Positions 41,566-55,064 of a stretch of 64,000 nt of DNA are shown piece after piece. The notes below the pieces were generated by a model. It was not told the origin of the DNA, made no database searches, and saw nothing but the letters and a program-made list of their open reading frames with translations. Source of the stretch: an uncultured Verrucomicrobiae bacterium (GTDB lineage Bacteria > Verrucomicrobiota > Verrucomicrobiia > Chthoniobacterales > Chthoniobacteraceae); contig CAVYKI010000002.1 in assembly GCA_963769025.1 (NCBI GenBank), forward strand, positions 320,001-384,000, read 5' to 3'. Each line of letters starts with the position of its first letter. Position 1 is the first letter of the stretch. The position numbers and the translations under genes were made by a program.

Positions 41566-42102
41566 TTACTCCAATTCGTAACGCGGGATGTTCGCATCCA
41601 CCTCGCAGCTCCACGCGTCGATTCCGCCGCGGAGGCAGCGCACATTTTCCATCCCATGACCGGCGAAATACGCCGCCGCATCGATGCTCCGGACACCCTG
41701 GTGGCAGACGAAAATGAGCAGCTCGTCCTTCGGCAGCCCGCCGAGCGAGTGCATGAGTTCCTGCGTGAAAAACGTGCTGCCCTCGATGTGCGCCGCGTCC
41801 CACTCCTCGCGCGAGCGAACGTCGATCAGCCGCGCCTTGCCGGCCCTCACCAGCTCCGCGGCCTCGGCCGGGGCGATCTGCATCCGCTGATCCTCGTCGT
41901 GCGCCGAGAGGATGGTCTGCACGGCCGTCTCCACCGGCAGATTTTCATTCCGCGAGCACACCTGCGCGAGCGTTTCGCCCGGCTGGAAGCCGCAGCTCGA
42001 GCATCCGCCGATGTGGTGCGCGCGAAACAGCGCCCGCTGCGCCCCCGGAAAGAGCGACACGAGTTCGCCCATGGTGATTTGTGGATCGATCGTTGCAGTC
42101 AT
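41566..42102 (-). CDS. Rhodanese-domain protein with N-terminal CxxC (DUF1858-like) domain
   Basis: HIGGCSSC..ETLAQV; LIDVR..EW..HI, active-site loop VCHQGVRS, LRGGIDAW. Confidence 0.88.
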   Translation of the reverse strand: MTATIDPQITMGELVSLFPGAQRALFRAHHIGGCSSCGFQPGETLAQVCSRNENLPVETAVQTILSAHDEDQRMQIAPAEAAELVRAGKARLIDVRSREEWDAAHIEGSTFFTQELMHSLGGLPKDELLIFVCHQGVRSIDAAAYFAGHGMENVRCLRGGIDAWSCEVDANIPRYELE

Positions 42103-42347
42103 GTCGCGCGAACTTAGAGCGTGCATCCCGCGATGGCAACAGCCGCCCTCACGGCTTCGGTCGCTCCGGTGCATTCGTGCTGAAAAGGATGCTTTGCGGG
42201 GAGACGGTCGCCAGTGGCGTTTAGTGTTGCGAGTGTTCGATTCGCAACAGCCGCAACAGGCCGGAACGCCCTCCATTTTCATCCGGGAAAGCGCCCGAAA
42301 ATTTTAACCCGCTTGCCGGTAGCCGGTTGAGCTCCGGGTGCAAATGC

Positions 42348-42363
42348 TGGCACGAGGGACGCT
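42348..42363 (+). promoter_or_regulatory. Candidate sigma54 promoter for the cysteine hydrolase
   Basis: TGGCACGAGGGACGCT = GG-N10-GC; ATG lies 14 nt after the GC, implying a very short leader. Confidence 0.45.
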
Positions 42364-42376
42364 AAGTGCGGGCCGG

Positions 42377-43048
42377 ATGAGTACGATGTTCAGCGTCGGT
42401 GCCGAGCCCTACGAGTTCACTTTCGAACCCGCGAAGTGCGCCCTCGTGATCATCGACATGCAGCGCGACTTCCTGGAGCCCGGCGGCTTCGGCGAGATGC
42501 TCAGGAACGACGTGTCGCAGCTTCGCCGCACCATCGAGCCGAATCGCCGCCTGCTCGACGCCTGGCGGGACAGCGGCCTCCAGGTCATCCACACCCGCGA
42601 GGGGCACCGGCCCGATCTCACGGATTTGCCGCCTGCCAAAAAGGTGCGCGGGCGCAGCCCCACGACCATCGGCGACACCGGGCCGATGGGCCGCATCCTG
42701 ATCCGCGGCGAGGTGGGCTACGACATCATCCCGGAGCTTTACCCGCTCCCTCACGAACCGGTGATCGACAAGCCGGGCAAGGGCGCGTTTTTCGCCACGG
42801 ACCTCCACGCGATCCTGCAAAATCGCGGCATCACGCAGCTCGTCGTCACGGGCGTCACCACCGAGGTCTGCGTGAACACCACCGTGCGCGAGGCGAACGA
42901 CCGCGGCTACGAGTGCCTGATGCTCCCCGACTGCACCGGCGCGACTGATCACGGCAACCACCTTGCCGCGATCAAGATGATCAAGATGCAGGGCGGAGTC
43001 TTTGGCGCGGTGGCGGATTCCGCGGCGTTCATCAAAGCGATCTCCTGA
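42377..43048 (+). CDS. Isochorismatase-family cysteine hydrolase of the biuret/triuret hydrolase group
   Basis: IDMQRDF, HTREGHRPDL, DKPGKG, TTEVCV (D-K-C triad), REANDRGYEC, MQGGVFG. Confidence 0.9.
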   Translation: MSTMFSVGAEPYEFTFEPAKCALVIIDMQRDFLEPGGFGEMLRNDVSQLRRTIEPNRRLLDAWRDSGLQVIHTREGHRPDLTDLPPAKKVRGRSPTTIGDTGPMGRILIRGEVGYDIIPELYPLPHEPVIDKPGKGAFFATDLHAILQNRGITQLVVTGVTTEVCVNTTVREANDRGYECLMLPDCTGATDHGNHLAAIKMIKMQGGVFGAVADSAAFIKAIS

Positions 43049-43126
43049 ACCGTGCGCTGCGCCAGTGCGCGAAGGGAGCTTCCCCAAACAGGCATCCGCG
43101 CCCATGGTCTGTCCGAATTCATCTTT

Positions 43127-43525
43127 GTGGAACCCATTGCAGCCCCCCAATACCCGCGCATCGAAATCGCCGATATCTTTCGCGTCGCGACCCATCCTGA
43201 AGAAATCCCGTGGCGGCCGTTCCAGGACGGAGTGGAGATCCACCGGCTCTACGGCGATGGCATCATGGGCCCCACGGCCGCGCTCATCCGCTTTCGGAAG
43301 GATGGCGTGGTCCCTTTCCACGAACACACCGGCTATGAGCACATCATCGTCCTCGCCGGCACGCAGCGGGATCAAAATGGCACCGCAGCCGCAGGAAGGT
43401 TGATCGTCAATCCGCCCGGCACCCGGCACAGCGTGGTGAGCGAGGCCGGCTGCATCGTCCTCGCGATCTACGAAAAGCCCGTGAAGTTCCTGCAGCAGGG
43501 CGATCCGGATTTCCCGAAGGCGTGA
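43127..43525 (+). CDS. ChrR-like cupin protein (start uncertain)
   Basis: WRPFQDGVEIHRLY, VPFHEHTGYEHIIVLAG, NPPGTRHSV..GC. Confidence 0.8.
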   Translation: MEPIAAPQYPRIEIADIFRVATHPEEIPWRPFQDGVEIHRLYGDGIMGPTAALIRFRKDGVVPFHEHTGYEHIIVLAGTQRDQNGTAAAGRLIVNPPGTRHSVVSEAGCIVLAIYEKPVKFLQQGDPDFPKA

Positions 43526-43619
43526 CGCTCCGGGCGGCGATTGCCCGAGCCGCGAATCGGGACGCCGACTGAGGGCAATGCGCTTGACGCTCACGCCCGT
43601 GTGGCGACGATGAGGGGAC

Positions 43620-44321
43620 ATGCGATTTCAGACACTTTATGAAGGGCGGCATTTTCTCCTGCCCTCGCTGCTCGTGACGATTTTCGGCGGATGGCTCGCG
43701 GCGGACTGGCTCGGGTGGCTGTGGATCGCGATCCCCGCGGCGCTCATTTTCATCTTCTGCGTTAATTTTTTCCGCGACCCGGATCGCGCGGCGCCGGGAG
43801 GCACCGACCTCGTGGTCTCACCCGCCGACGGCGTCGTGGATGCCGTGGAAATCGCGGACGAAAAGGAAGTCCTCGGCCGTCCGTGCCGGCGCGTGAGCAT
43901 TTTCCTGAATGTCTTCGACGTGCACGTGAACCGCGCGCCCATCGCGGGCCGCATCACCTACACGAAGCACCACCCCGGCACGTATCTCGACGCGCGCGAC
44001 CCGTACTGCCACCAGAAAAACGAGGCGCTCACGTGGGCCTTCGCGGGAGAACGCGCGACGCTCGTCGTGAGGCAGATCACCGGGGCCATCGCGCGCCGCA
44101 TCGTGCCTTGGAGCAAGCTCGGCGCGACCGTGGAAAAAGGTCACCGTTTCGGGATGATCCGCTTCGGCTCGCGCACGGATGTCTATCTGCCGCTTGACGC
44201 GGAGATCCTCGTGAAAATCGGCGACCGCGTGGAAGGCTGCTCCAGCCCGCTCGCGCGCCTCACCGCGCCGGACCCGGGTTACGTCGCGAACGCGGCGCTG
44301 CCTGCTTCCATTTTGATCTGA
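43620..44321 (+). CDS. psd: Phosphatidylserine decarboxylase
   Basis: FFRDPDR, SPADG, IFLNVFDVHVNRAP, RFGSRTD autocleavage site. Confidence 0.95.
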   Translation: MRFQTLYEGRHFLLPSLLVTIFGGWLAADWLGWLWIAIPAALIFIFCVNFFRDPDRAAPGGTDLVVSPADGVVDAVEIADEKEVLGRPCRRVSIFLNVFDVHVNRAPIAGRITYTKHHPGTYLDARDPYCHQKNEALTWAFAGERATLVVRQITGAIARRIVPWSKLGATVEKGHRFGMIRFGSRTDVYLPLDAEILVKIGDRVEGCSSPLARLTAPDPGYVANAALPASILI

Positions 44322-44333
44322 CGCCCACCCTCG

Positions 44334-45233
44334 ATGCCCGAGACCCGACCATCCAGCGCGCCGAAGAAGGAGGCCGACGACGGCTCTCCGAAAATCTACC
44401 TCCTCCCGAACCTGATGACGGCGGGGAATCTTTTCTGCGGATTCCTCGCCACGCTGAAAATCCTCAGCGGCACGCTCGCCGTGACCACCGCGCAGCTCTC
44501 CGCGCAGGCCGCCGGACAGTCGATGGACGGGATGCGCGCGCTCGACGCCGGCACGCACGATTTCAAGTTCGCGATCTGGTGCATCCTCGCCGCCTGCATT
44601 TTCGATCTGCTCGACGGACGCCTTGCGCGCCTCGGCGGGACGGACAGCGCATTTGGCCGCGAGTTCGATTCGCTCGCCGACATCGTGAGCTTCGGCGTCG
44701 CGCCTGCGCTGATGGTCAGCCGCGTCGTGCTGCGTGATTTCGAAAAACTCGGCTGGCTCGTCGCGTCGCTTTACCTCATCTGCGGCGCGCTGCGACTGGC
44801 GCGGTTCAACTGCATCGCCGCATCCGGCGTGCCAGGCGCGAGCAAGGACTTCAAGGGCTTCCCCATTCCCGCCGCAGCGGGCCTCGTCGCGAGCATCACG
44901 CTTTTCATGCTGTGGCTGAACAACGACCGCTTCGAGCACGGCCTCACGAAATGGGTGCTCCCGCCGCTGCTCGTGTTCCTGTCGTGGATGATGTTCAGCG
45001 GGTTCCGGTATCCGAGCTTCAAGGCGATCAACTGGCGCACGACGCGCAGCGTGCCGAAGTTCATCGCCATCGTCGGCATCATCAGCCTCACGGTGATGTA
45101 CTACCAGTGGATGCCCGCGGTCATCTTCATCACGTACCTGCTCTACGGGTTTCTTCGCCCGTTCCTCTCGCGGAGGATCAAGGAGGAGATCGAGGATGAA
45201 ATCGAGGACGACGATGAGCCCGCGAGCCCGTGA
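44334..45233 (+). CDS. pssA: CDP-diacylglycerol-serine O-phosphatidyltransferase
   Basis: LPNLMTAGN, DLLDGRLAR..FGREFDSLADIVSFGVAP, LRLARFN; adjacent to psd. Confidence 0.93.
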   Translation: MPETRPSSAPKKEADDGSPKIYLLPNLMTAGNLFCGFLATLKILSGTLAVTTAQLSAQAAGQSMDGMRALDAGTHDFKFAIWCILAACIFDLLDGRLARLGGTDSAFGREFDSLADIVSFGVAPALMVSRVVLRDFEKLGWLVASLYLICGALRLARFNCIAASGVPGASKDFKGFPIPAAAGLVASITLFMLWLNNDRFEHGLTKWVLPPLLVFLSWMMFSGFRYPSFKAINWRTTRSVPKFIAIVGIISLTVMYYQWMPAVIFITYLLYGFLRPFLSRRIKEEIEDEIEDDDEPASP

Positions 45234-45240
45234 TGGAGAT

Positions 45241-45321
45241 GGCCGCGGAGTCCTGACCGACGCGGCCTTTTCGCCGGCCTGCTAAACGCGTGCGCCCCCG
45301 GCATTGGAATGCTGGGGGCGC
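45241..45321. terminator. Two hairpins between convergent genes
   Basis: GGCCGCG..CGCGGCC followed by TTTT (45241-45271), and GCGCCCCCGGCATT-GG-AATGCTGGGGGCGC (45292-45321). Confidence 0.55.
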
Positions 45322-45365
45322 GTTCGGTTCGGCATTTCCGCCATGCGGCGGCAGTGAATCGTCGG

Positions 45366-45683
45366 CTACTTCTTGAACTCGAATTTCGAGATTTCGATCG
45401 TCTTCGTGCCGTCCAGCTTCTGGCCGGCGTCGCCCCAGACGGTCACCGCCTTGGTCTCCTTGCAGATGTTCGAGTGCAGGGCCTTGTCCTGATCCTTGTC
45501 GCTGCCGGCTTTCACCCAGTAAACGAGTTCCTTGCCGCTCGCATCCTTGGTGACGATTACGGTGTGGCAGTTTTCGCTCTTGCCGAGCGCGCACTTGCCG
45601 CATTTGGCGTCGCCTTCGATCTTCACATCCTCTGCGAAGGCAAAGGTCGAGAGGCTGAGCGCGATGATGGTGATGAGTTTCAT
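45366..45683 (-). CDS. Small secreted CxxC protein (DUF6370-like)
   Basis: Signal peptide [34 protein letters not shown]. Confidence 0.75.
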   Translation of the reverse strand: MKLITIIALSLSTFAFAEDVKIEGDAKCGKCALGKSENCHTVIVTKDASGKELVYWVKAGSDKDQDKALHSNICKETKAVTVWGDAGQKLDGTKTIEISKFEFKK

Positions 45684-45898
45684 GGTTGGTCGTGTTTGGT
45701 TTGAGTTGGGATGCCGGCGTCGGCATGTCGCCGACTCCGGAACATTGATCGAATCGTCCGTGCGTCCGCGGGTGGACTTGTCGCGCGCGATTTTTTTTGC
45801 CGGGCCTCGAATGCCCCGCAAGGGGACGTCCGATCGGACGAATCCCGTACGTGCAACTCTGTCAAAGGTAAGCCCGGCAGCCCGCCGGGCGGTCGGGC

Positions 45899-48821
<2,923 letters not shown>

Positions 48822-48944
48822 GGCGCGCGGAGGCTAGACGTGCGGTCTGCCGGTGCAAAAGGAAATTGCTCTCGCAATCACCGGCGGGTATCCGCCAATT
48901 TGGGTGGAGCGCACGGACCTGCTCCGGACGATTTTTCAAACGCC

Positions 48945-49757
48945 ATGAATCTACCAGCCATCCTTTCCACTGTGGTCCTGGCGGCCGCCGCCTCCGGCGC
49001 TCCGCTGTCGCCTCCGCTGCAACAGCTCGACATGGAAAAGCTGCCCTCGCAGGCCAAAATGATCGATCGCGTGGTGGTGCCGGTGCCGAACGAAGTCTTT
49101 GCCGTTCTCGACAAGCTGGGGAAACCGCGCTGGGCGGGGCTCATCCACCGGGACACGAGCAAGGCGAAGCCTTACGGCGAAGCACCGCAGGTCGCGATGA
49201 TGCTCGGGGTGATCATCGCGGAGGGCTTCATCGCAGTGGAGGCGGAGGACGCGGAGGAGGTGAAGGAACTCGGGCGTGCAATCCTGACCTTTTCGAACGC
49301 AATCGGCGTCCGGAAGGCCGTCGTGCGCAGGGCCAACAGCGTGATCGAATTTGCCGACAAAAAGCGCTGGAACCGCGTGCGCTCCGAACTTGATGGCGCG
49401 CTCGCAGACGTGCGGACGGCGATGATCGAACTCGACAGCGAACCCCTCGCGCACCTCGTGAGCCTCGGCGGCTGGCTGCGAGGCACGGAGGTCCTGGCGC
49501 AGGTGGTCGGCATGGATTTCAGCCAGAAAGGCGCCGAGCTGCTTTATCAGCCGGGTCTCGTCCAGCATTTCGAGGGGCAGATGGACGGCATGAAGTCGCG
49601 CATCCGCTCGAACCGTGTCGTCGCGAAGGCCCGCCAGGGTCTGACAAAAATCGGTCCGCTCATCGGCGACGGTGACGGCAGCAGGATTTCGGCAAAGACC
49701 GTGAAAGAGATCGCCGGGCTCACGGGCGGGCTCGTGGCACTCATCAGCAACAAATGA
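48945..49757 (+). CDS. Secreted alpha-helical hypothetical protein
   Basis: Signal-like N-terminus, typical codon usage, ATGA overlap with the next gene. Confidence 0.75.
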   Translation: MNLPAILSTVVLAAAASGAPLSPPLQQLDMEKLPSQAKMIDRVVVPVPNEVFAVLDKLGKPRWAGLIHRDTSKAKPYGEAPQVAMMLGVIIAEGFIAVEAEDAEEVKELGRAILTFSNAIGVRKAVVRRANSVIEFADKKRWNRVRSELDGALADVRTAMIELDSEPLAHLVSLGGWLRGTEVLAQVVGMDFSQKGAELLYQPGLVQHFEGQMDGMKSRIRSNRVVAKARQGLTKIGPLIGDGDGSRISAKTVKEIAGLTGGLVALISNK

Positions 49758-50197
49758 AACTGACCGTGAAAACATTCTTCCGCTCCCTTTTGATCCTCGT
49801 CGCGGCAATCACGCTGCCGGTGGCATTTGCCTATGTGGACGACGCGCACTCCCGCGCGATGGAGGCCGCCGCCGCCGCGGTGAAGGACGGCTACCTGGTC
49901 CGCCAGGAATATTGGGCCGGCTCGATGGCCGTCCGGCAGCCGAGCGTCATCAAGCACCAGCTCTTCAAGGGCAACAGCTACTGGTTCTGGGTCGGCAGCG
50001 ATGAGGATTCCGCGCAGGTGACCGTTCACGTGTACGATTCGGCTGGAAAAATCGTCGATGCGGAATCGTGGCAGCGGGGAAACATGGCTGCGGTGCGCGT
50101 GGCGCCGAAGAAGACAGGCACCTATCTCATCGTGTTCAGCATCGAGCAGTCCAAGGCGAAGAAGACCCGCTGGGCGCTCGCTTATGGGTACAAGTGA
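49754..50197 (+). CDS. Secreted hypothetical protein with PPC-like beta-sandwich
   Basis: Signal peptide ending AFA; LFKGNSYWF..VHVYDSAGK..PKKTGTYLI pattern. Confidence 0.75.
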   Translation: MKLTVKTFFRSLLILVAAITLPVAFAYVDDAHSRAMEAAAAAVKDGYLVRQEYWAGSMAVRQPSVIKHQLFKGNSYWFWVGSDEDSAQVTVHVYDSAGKIVDAESWQRGNMAAVRVAPKKTGTYLIVFSIEQSKAKKTRWALAYGYK

Positions 50198-52118
50198 GTC
50201 TGGGAAGAAGGCGCTCGCCGACGCCGCGGAATTCAACGGCTGGAAGCCGATGGCAATCCGGTCCGCGGTGTGCCTCGTGTGCACCGTCGTCGGGCTGCTG
50301 ATCCGGGCGCGGCACCCCGGCGCGTCGCATTTTTGGATTGCGGGCGCGTACCTCTTTGGAGGCTGGGACCTCACGGCGAAAGTCTGGAAGGGCGTGTGGC
50401 AGCGCGAATTCGGGACGGATTTCCTGATGTGGCTGGTTGCGTTCGGCGCGGTCTTCATCGGCGAGCAGGCCGAGGCAGCCGTGCTGCTGGTCCTTTTTTC
50501 CGCGTCCGGCGCGATGGAGCGGTTTGCCTACGGCAGGACGCAGCGCGAGATCAGCGGGCTGTTGAAAAACGCGCCGAAGCTCGCTCGCCTCGTCGAGAAT
50601 GGCGTCGGAGCGCGAGGTGCCGGTCGATCGGAACTCCGGCCGGAACAGACCGTGCGCGTGACCGCGAACGAACAGGTGCCCGTGGACATCCGCGTCGAGA
50701 AAGGCGAGAGCGCGTGCGACGAGGCGATGCTCACCGGCGAGGCCGAGCCGATTTCGAAGGGCGTCGGCGACACGTGCATCGCCGGCACGCTGAATCTCTG
50801 GGGCGTGATCGAGGGTCGCGTGCTCCGCGCCGCGGAAGACAGCGCGCTGCAGCGGATCATCCGTCTCATCGAGAGCGCGCAGGAGCTGAAGGCCCCGGTG
50901 CAGCGGTTCACGGATCGCTTCGGCACGCGCTACACGGCGTTCGTGCTCACTTTATGCGCCGCGGTCTTCTTCATGTGGTGGCTCGTGTTCCATCTGCCGC
51001 CGTTCATCCCGGATGCCGGGCACGCGAGCGCATTTTACCGCGCGATGACGCTGCTCGTGGTGATGTCCCCGTGCGCGCTCGTGCTCTCGGTGCCCTCGGC
51101 GATTCTTTCCGCCATCGCATTTGGCGCGCGGAACGGCGTGCTCTTCCGCGGCGGCGCGGCCATCGAAAATCTCGCCAGCGTCACCACCGTCGCGATGGAC
51201 AAGACGGGCACGCTCACGCGCGGAAAACTCGAACTCACCGGCATCGAGGTCCTCCGCGGCTCGGAGGAGGAAGGCTTCCTCGCCGCCGCAAATCTTGCGC
51301 GCCTTTCCAATCACCCGATGTCCCGCTCCATCGCGAGGGAGGCGGACCGGCGCCGGCTGGCCGTGGAGCATCCGACCGAGTCGGAGACCGTTTCGGGGCA
51401 GGGGATTCGCGGAATGTGGCGGGGCGAGATGGCGATCCTCGGCCACCGTGACTTGGTGGCATCGGTGCACCCCGGCGTCGAACTTCCGCCGCAGGCGGCG
51501 CAGGCGAGCGAGGTGTGGTTTGCATCGCCGACCCTGCTCGGGCGGCTGCTGCTCCGCGACCAATTGCGCCCGCAGGCCCCGGCGCTCGTCATGAAGCTTC
51601 ACGACGCGGGCCTCAGGACCGTGATGCTCACCGGCGACAAGTCCGGCGCTGCCGAGGAAATGGGGCGCATGGCCGGCGTGGGGACCATCCTCGGACAGCT
51701 CACTCCCTCGCAGAAAGTCGAGGCCATCGAACGGCTCAAGAAATCCGGCGAGACGGTCGCGATGATCGGCGACGGCGTGAACGACGCGCCGTGCCTCGCC
51801 GCCGCGGACGTCGGTGTCGCGATGGGCGCGCGCGGTTCCGATGCAGCGATCGAGCAGGCAGAAGTCGTGCTGATGAACGACCGGCTCGAGAATTTCCTGC
51901 TTGCGCTCGACCTGAGCATCCGCGCCCGCCGCATCATCCGGCAAAATCTCACCATCGCGCTGGGCGTCATCGTCGGGATGTCGCTCACCGCGCTTTTTGC
52001 CAAGGGACTGCCGCTCGCCGTCGGCGTGATGATGCACGAGGGCAGCACGGTGGTCGTCGTGCTCAACAGCCTCCGGCTGCTCTTCGCTCCGAGCGGTGTC
52101 CAGGCGCGGAAGGCCTGA
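50184..52118 (+). CDS. Heavy-metal P-type ATPase, P1B-4 subtype (start 50184 or 50250)
   Basis: LTGE, SPC in TM4, DKTGT, GDGVNDAP, HEGST in TM6. Confidence 0.93.
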   Translation: MGTSESGKKALADAAEFNGWKPMAIRSAVCLVCTVVGLLIRARHPGASHFWIAGAYLFGGWDLTAKVWKGVWQREFGTDFLMWLVAFGAVFIGEQAEAAVLLVLFSASGAMERFAYGRTQREISGLLKNAPKLARLVENGVGARGAGRSELRPEQTVRVTANEQVPVDIRVEKGESACDEAMLTGEAEPISKGVGDTCIAGTLNLWGVIEGRVLRAAEDSALQRIIRLIESAQELKAPVQRFTDRFGTRYTAFVLTLCAAVFFMWWLVFHLPPFIPDAGHASAFYRAMTLLVVMSPCALVLSVPSAILSAIAFGARNGVLFRGGAAIENLASVTTVAMDKTGTLTRGKLELTGIEVLRGSEEEGFLAAANLARLSNHPMSRSIAREADRRRLAVEHPTESETVSGQGIRGMWRGEMAILGHRDLVASVHPGVELPPQAAQASEVWFASPTLLGRLLLRDQLRPQAPALVMKLHDAGLRTVMLTGDKSGAAEEMGRMAGVGTILGQLTPSQKVEAIERLKKSGETVAMIGDGVNDAPCLAAADVGVAMGARGSDAAIEQAEVVLMNDRLENFLLALDLSIRARRIIRQNLTIALGVIVGMSLTALFAKGLPLAVGVMMHEGSTVVVVLNSLRLLFAPSGVQARKA

Positions 52119-52124
52119 GCGGGC

Positions 52125-52823
52125 TCAGCCCTTTTTGCGCTCCGACTCCACCCAGCACACGGCGCGGTGCAGGAGTTCCGACGCGGTCTTCACGCCGAGC
52201 TTTTCCTTTATGTGCCCGCGATGGACCGCGACGGTCTTTGGGCTGATGTGCAGGCGATCCGCGATTTCCTTCGTCGCGAGACCTTCGCCGAGCAGGCGGA
52301 AGACCTCGAACTCACGGTCGCTCAACCCATGCAGATGCGCGTTGATCCCCGGCGTCTTCACGCCGGAAAAATTGTCGAGGATCTGCGCGTTCATCCGCTC
52401 GCTGACGTAAACGCCGCCGGCGAGCACCTGCCGGATCGCCAGGAGCATTTTCTCCGAGCCGGCTTCCTTCATCAGGAAACCTCGCGCGCCCGAGCGCAGC
52501 GCGCGCGCGGCGAAGAGCAGCTCGTCGTGCATCGAGACGACGAGCACGCGCTGCTCCGGCCGGATGGCGAGGATGTCGCGGATGAATTCGAGTCCGTCCC
52601 GTCCCGGCAGCGTGAGGTCGGTAATGACGAGATCCGGCTTTGCTCCCGGGACGTGCTCGATTGCAGCCTCCGCGGAGGTGGCTGAGCCGCAGACTTCGAG
52701 GTCGGGTTGTGCGTTCAGGAGAAGCTGAAATCCCGTGAGCACAATGGGGTGATCGTCCACGAGGAAGATGCGCTGCTTGTGCGCCGGCGCGCTCTTGGTG
52801 GCCTGGAGCTTCGCACTCTTCAT
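52125..52823 (-). CDS. NarL/LuxR-family response regulator
   Basis: [36 protein letters not shown]. Confidence 0.93.
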   Translation of the reverse strand: MKSAKLQATKSAPAHKQRIFLVDDHPIVLTGFQLLLNAQPDLEVCGSATSAEAAIEHVPGAKPDLVITDLTLPGRDGLEFIRDILAIRPEQRVLVVSMHDELLFAARALRSGARGFLMKEAGSEKMLLAIRQVLAGGVYVSERMNAQILDNFSGVKTPGINAHLHGLSDREFEVFRLLGEGLATKEIADRLHISPKTVAVHRGHIKEKLGVKTASELLHRAVCWVESERKKG

Positions 52824-53932
52824 GGCTGGTAAAAGAGCGTGCAGCGAAAGCGGACGCCGTCGCCGGGGATGGATTTCATGTCGAGGTTCGCGCCGATGAG
52901 CCGCGCGCGGTATTGCATCGTCGAAAGTCCGAGCCCGCGCTTTTCCGCCAAGTCCGGCGGCAGTCCCTTTCCGTTGTCCTCGACGATCAGCTCCATCCGC
53001 GCCCCCGAGCGGGCGAGGCCGATGCGGATGTGCGTCGCTCCCGAATGCCGGATGGCGTTGCCGACGGCTTCCTGCGCGATGCGGTAGAGCTGCGTGGCGA
53101 CGTTGAGGTCGGCGAGGTGCACCGGTTCCGGACACGCAAACTCGCAGGCCATCTTGCCGGATGTGCGCGTGAGTTCGGCGAGTTCCCTCAGCGCATTCAT
53201 CAGTCCGTCTGCGGTAAGGGAAACCGGGCAGAGGCCGTGCGAAAGCTGGCGGGTCTGCGTGATGATTTGGCGGATGTTCCTGGAGATTTCGTTCGCGAGG
53301 GGCTCGAGCCCGGGTGCCTGCTCGCGAAGCTGCCCGACGAGCGTGTGGTTCATCATCTCGAGCGCGGTGAGGTGCTGGCCAAGCCCGTCGTGAAGGTCGC
53401 GCCCGATGCGGCGCTGCTCGCGCTCGGTCGAATCGATGAGCTGCCTTTCGAGCCGCGCGCGGTCCGCCGCCTCGTGCATGCGGGCGGTGATGTCCGTGCG
53501 GATGGCGACATACTGCACCGGCTTTCCCTCGGTGTTCACAAATGGAAAAATCGTGGTGTCCACCCAGTAGTGCGTGCCGTCCTTCGCGCGGTTGCGGAGC
53601 TCCCCGCGCCAGACTTTCCCCTGCGTGATCGTGCCCCACATGCGGCGAAAAAACTCCTTCGGGTGGTGGCCGGAATTGATGATCCGGTGGTCCTTTCCCA
53701 GCAGCTCCTCGCGCGGGTATTTGGAGATCTCCACGAACTTGTCGTTCACGTAGGTGATTTTGCCCTTCGCGTCCGTGATCGCGACGATCGAGTGGGAATC
53801 CAGCGCCGCCTCCAGGTCGCGCACGTGCTGCTCGACGATGGCCATCTCCTCGCGGTGCCGCTGCCGCTCCGCGACGTCACCGGGCGTCGTGGTCGGCAGT
53901 TTCGATGGGGCGCTCGTCGGGCATCCCGCCAC
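52820..53932 (-). CDS. PAS-domain histidine kinase (HisKA_3 type; start uncertain)
   Basis: [45 protein letters not shown]. Confidence 0.9.
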   Translation of the reverse strand: MAGCPTSAPSKLPTTTPGDVAERQRHREEMAIVEQHVRDLEAALDSHSIVAITDAKGKITYVNDKFVEISKYPREELLGKDHRIINSGHHPKEFFRRMWGTITQGKVWRGELRNRAKDGTHYWVDTTIFPFVNTEGKPVQYVAIRTDITARMHEAADRARLERQLIDSTEREQRRIGRDLHDGLGQHLTALEMMNHTLVGQLREQAPGLEPLANEISRNIRQIITQTRQLSHGLCPVSLTADGLMNALRELAELTRTSGKMACEFACPEPVHLADLNVATQLYRIAQEAVGNAIRHSGATHIRIGLARSGARMELIVEDNGKGLPPDLAEKRGLGLSTMQYRARLIGANLDMKSIPGDGVRFRCTLFYQP

Positions 53933-54024
53933 CTTATAGGCGGAAACTTCCCGGCAGACAACCGTCTCCGCATGGCGAGCTGCGACTGGATGAGCATCGT
54001 TCGCGAACCTTCCTCCGGAGCGCC

Positions 54025-54915
54025 TCAGGCCGCGAGGGGCATGGCGATGGAATCCCGATACGCGGTCGGCGCCTGCCCGGCCATTTTCCGGAAGATACGG
54101 TTGAAATGCGTCAGCGACTGGAAGCCCACTTCGTATGCGATTTCGCTGATGCGCAGGTTGGGGTTCGCGAGCAGTTCCTTCGCGCGGTCCACGCGCAGGC
54201 GGGAGACGTATTCCGTGAAGTTCATCCCGGTGTGCCGCTTGAAGAGCTTGCAGATGTAGAAGGTGCTCGTGCAGGCCGCCTTTGCGACATCGGAGAGCGT
54301 CATGTCGTTCTGCAGGTTCTGCCGGATGTAGTCCTTTGCCCGGATAATCGCGATGGGTTCGGCATTGGCGCGGCGGACGGCGAGCTGGTTGACCTTCATC
54401 GAGAGATGATCCGCGAAAATCGAGAGCAGCCGGGTGGCCGAGTTCAGCTGCGAGCGCGGCATCACGCGCGTGGCCATGAAGGCCTTGTGCGCCTCCGAGC
54501 GGTTCACCTTCACCCCCATCCGCTTGATCGTGCGCATGACCTTTTTAAACTGCCCCTCGCTGGGTGTCTGCGTGAAGACCTGTCCGGTCGCGAGCACGCC
54601 GAGTGTGGATTCCCCGAGCTTCACCGGCACCGCGGCCTCGGTGAGGCCGAAGTGGCACTTCGCCACCGCCGATCCTTCCGTCGCCGCCTCATTCATGCGC
54701 TCCTGCATGCGGAGGCATGCGGCGCATGTGGCGTTCTGCCCGGCCATCAGCGCGCAAAAGCTGTTTTCGCGCGGCTTGCCGCGAAACGTGGGCTGCCATG
54801 TCTCCGTGGCGCGCAGCGCGAGCGGCAGCCCGGTGGCTTCGCTGAAGGCGCGTTCGTAATCGCGGTAGATGTCCGATTCGGTCAGGGCGTCGAGGAGTGC
54901 GGTTTGGTCGTTCAT
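54025..54915 (-). CDS. AraC-family regulator with PocR ligand-binding domain
   Basis: [30 protein letters not shown] region [18 protein letters not shown]. Confidence 0.9.
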   Translation of the reverse strand: MNDQTALLDALTESDIYRDYERAFSEATGLPLALRATETWQPTFRGKPRENSFCALMAGQNATCAACLRMQERMNEAATEGSAVAKCHFGLTEAAVPVKLGESTLGVLATGQVFTQTPSEGQFKKVMRTIKRMGVKVNRSEAHKAFMATRVMPRSQLNSATRLLSIFADHLSMKVNQLAVRRANAEPIAIIRAKDYIRQNLQNDMTLSDVAKAACTSTFYICKLFKRHTGMNFTEYVSRLRVDRAKELLANPNLRISEIAYEVGFQSLTHFNRIFRKMAGQAPTAYRDSIAMPLAA

Positions 54916-55064
54916 GGTGTGCTTGGTTTTCGCGCACCATGGTGGCCGCACGCCGCCGCCGTGCCTATTGGGCTTGGGTTCCACACGTCCGCGGCCCCAC
55001 GGTCCTACCCGCATAGGACGAATGCCTATGCCTCCCGCTTTGCCCTGCAGCGGTGCATCCCGGC

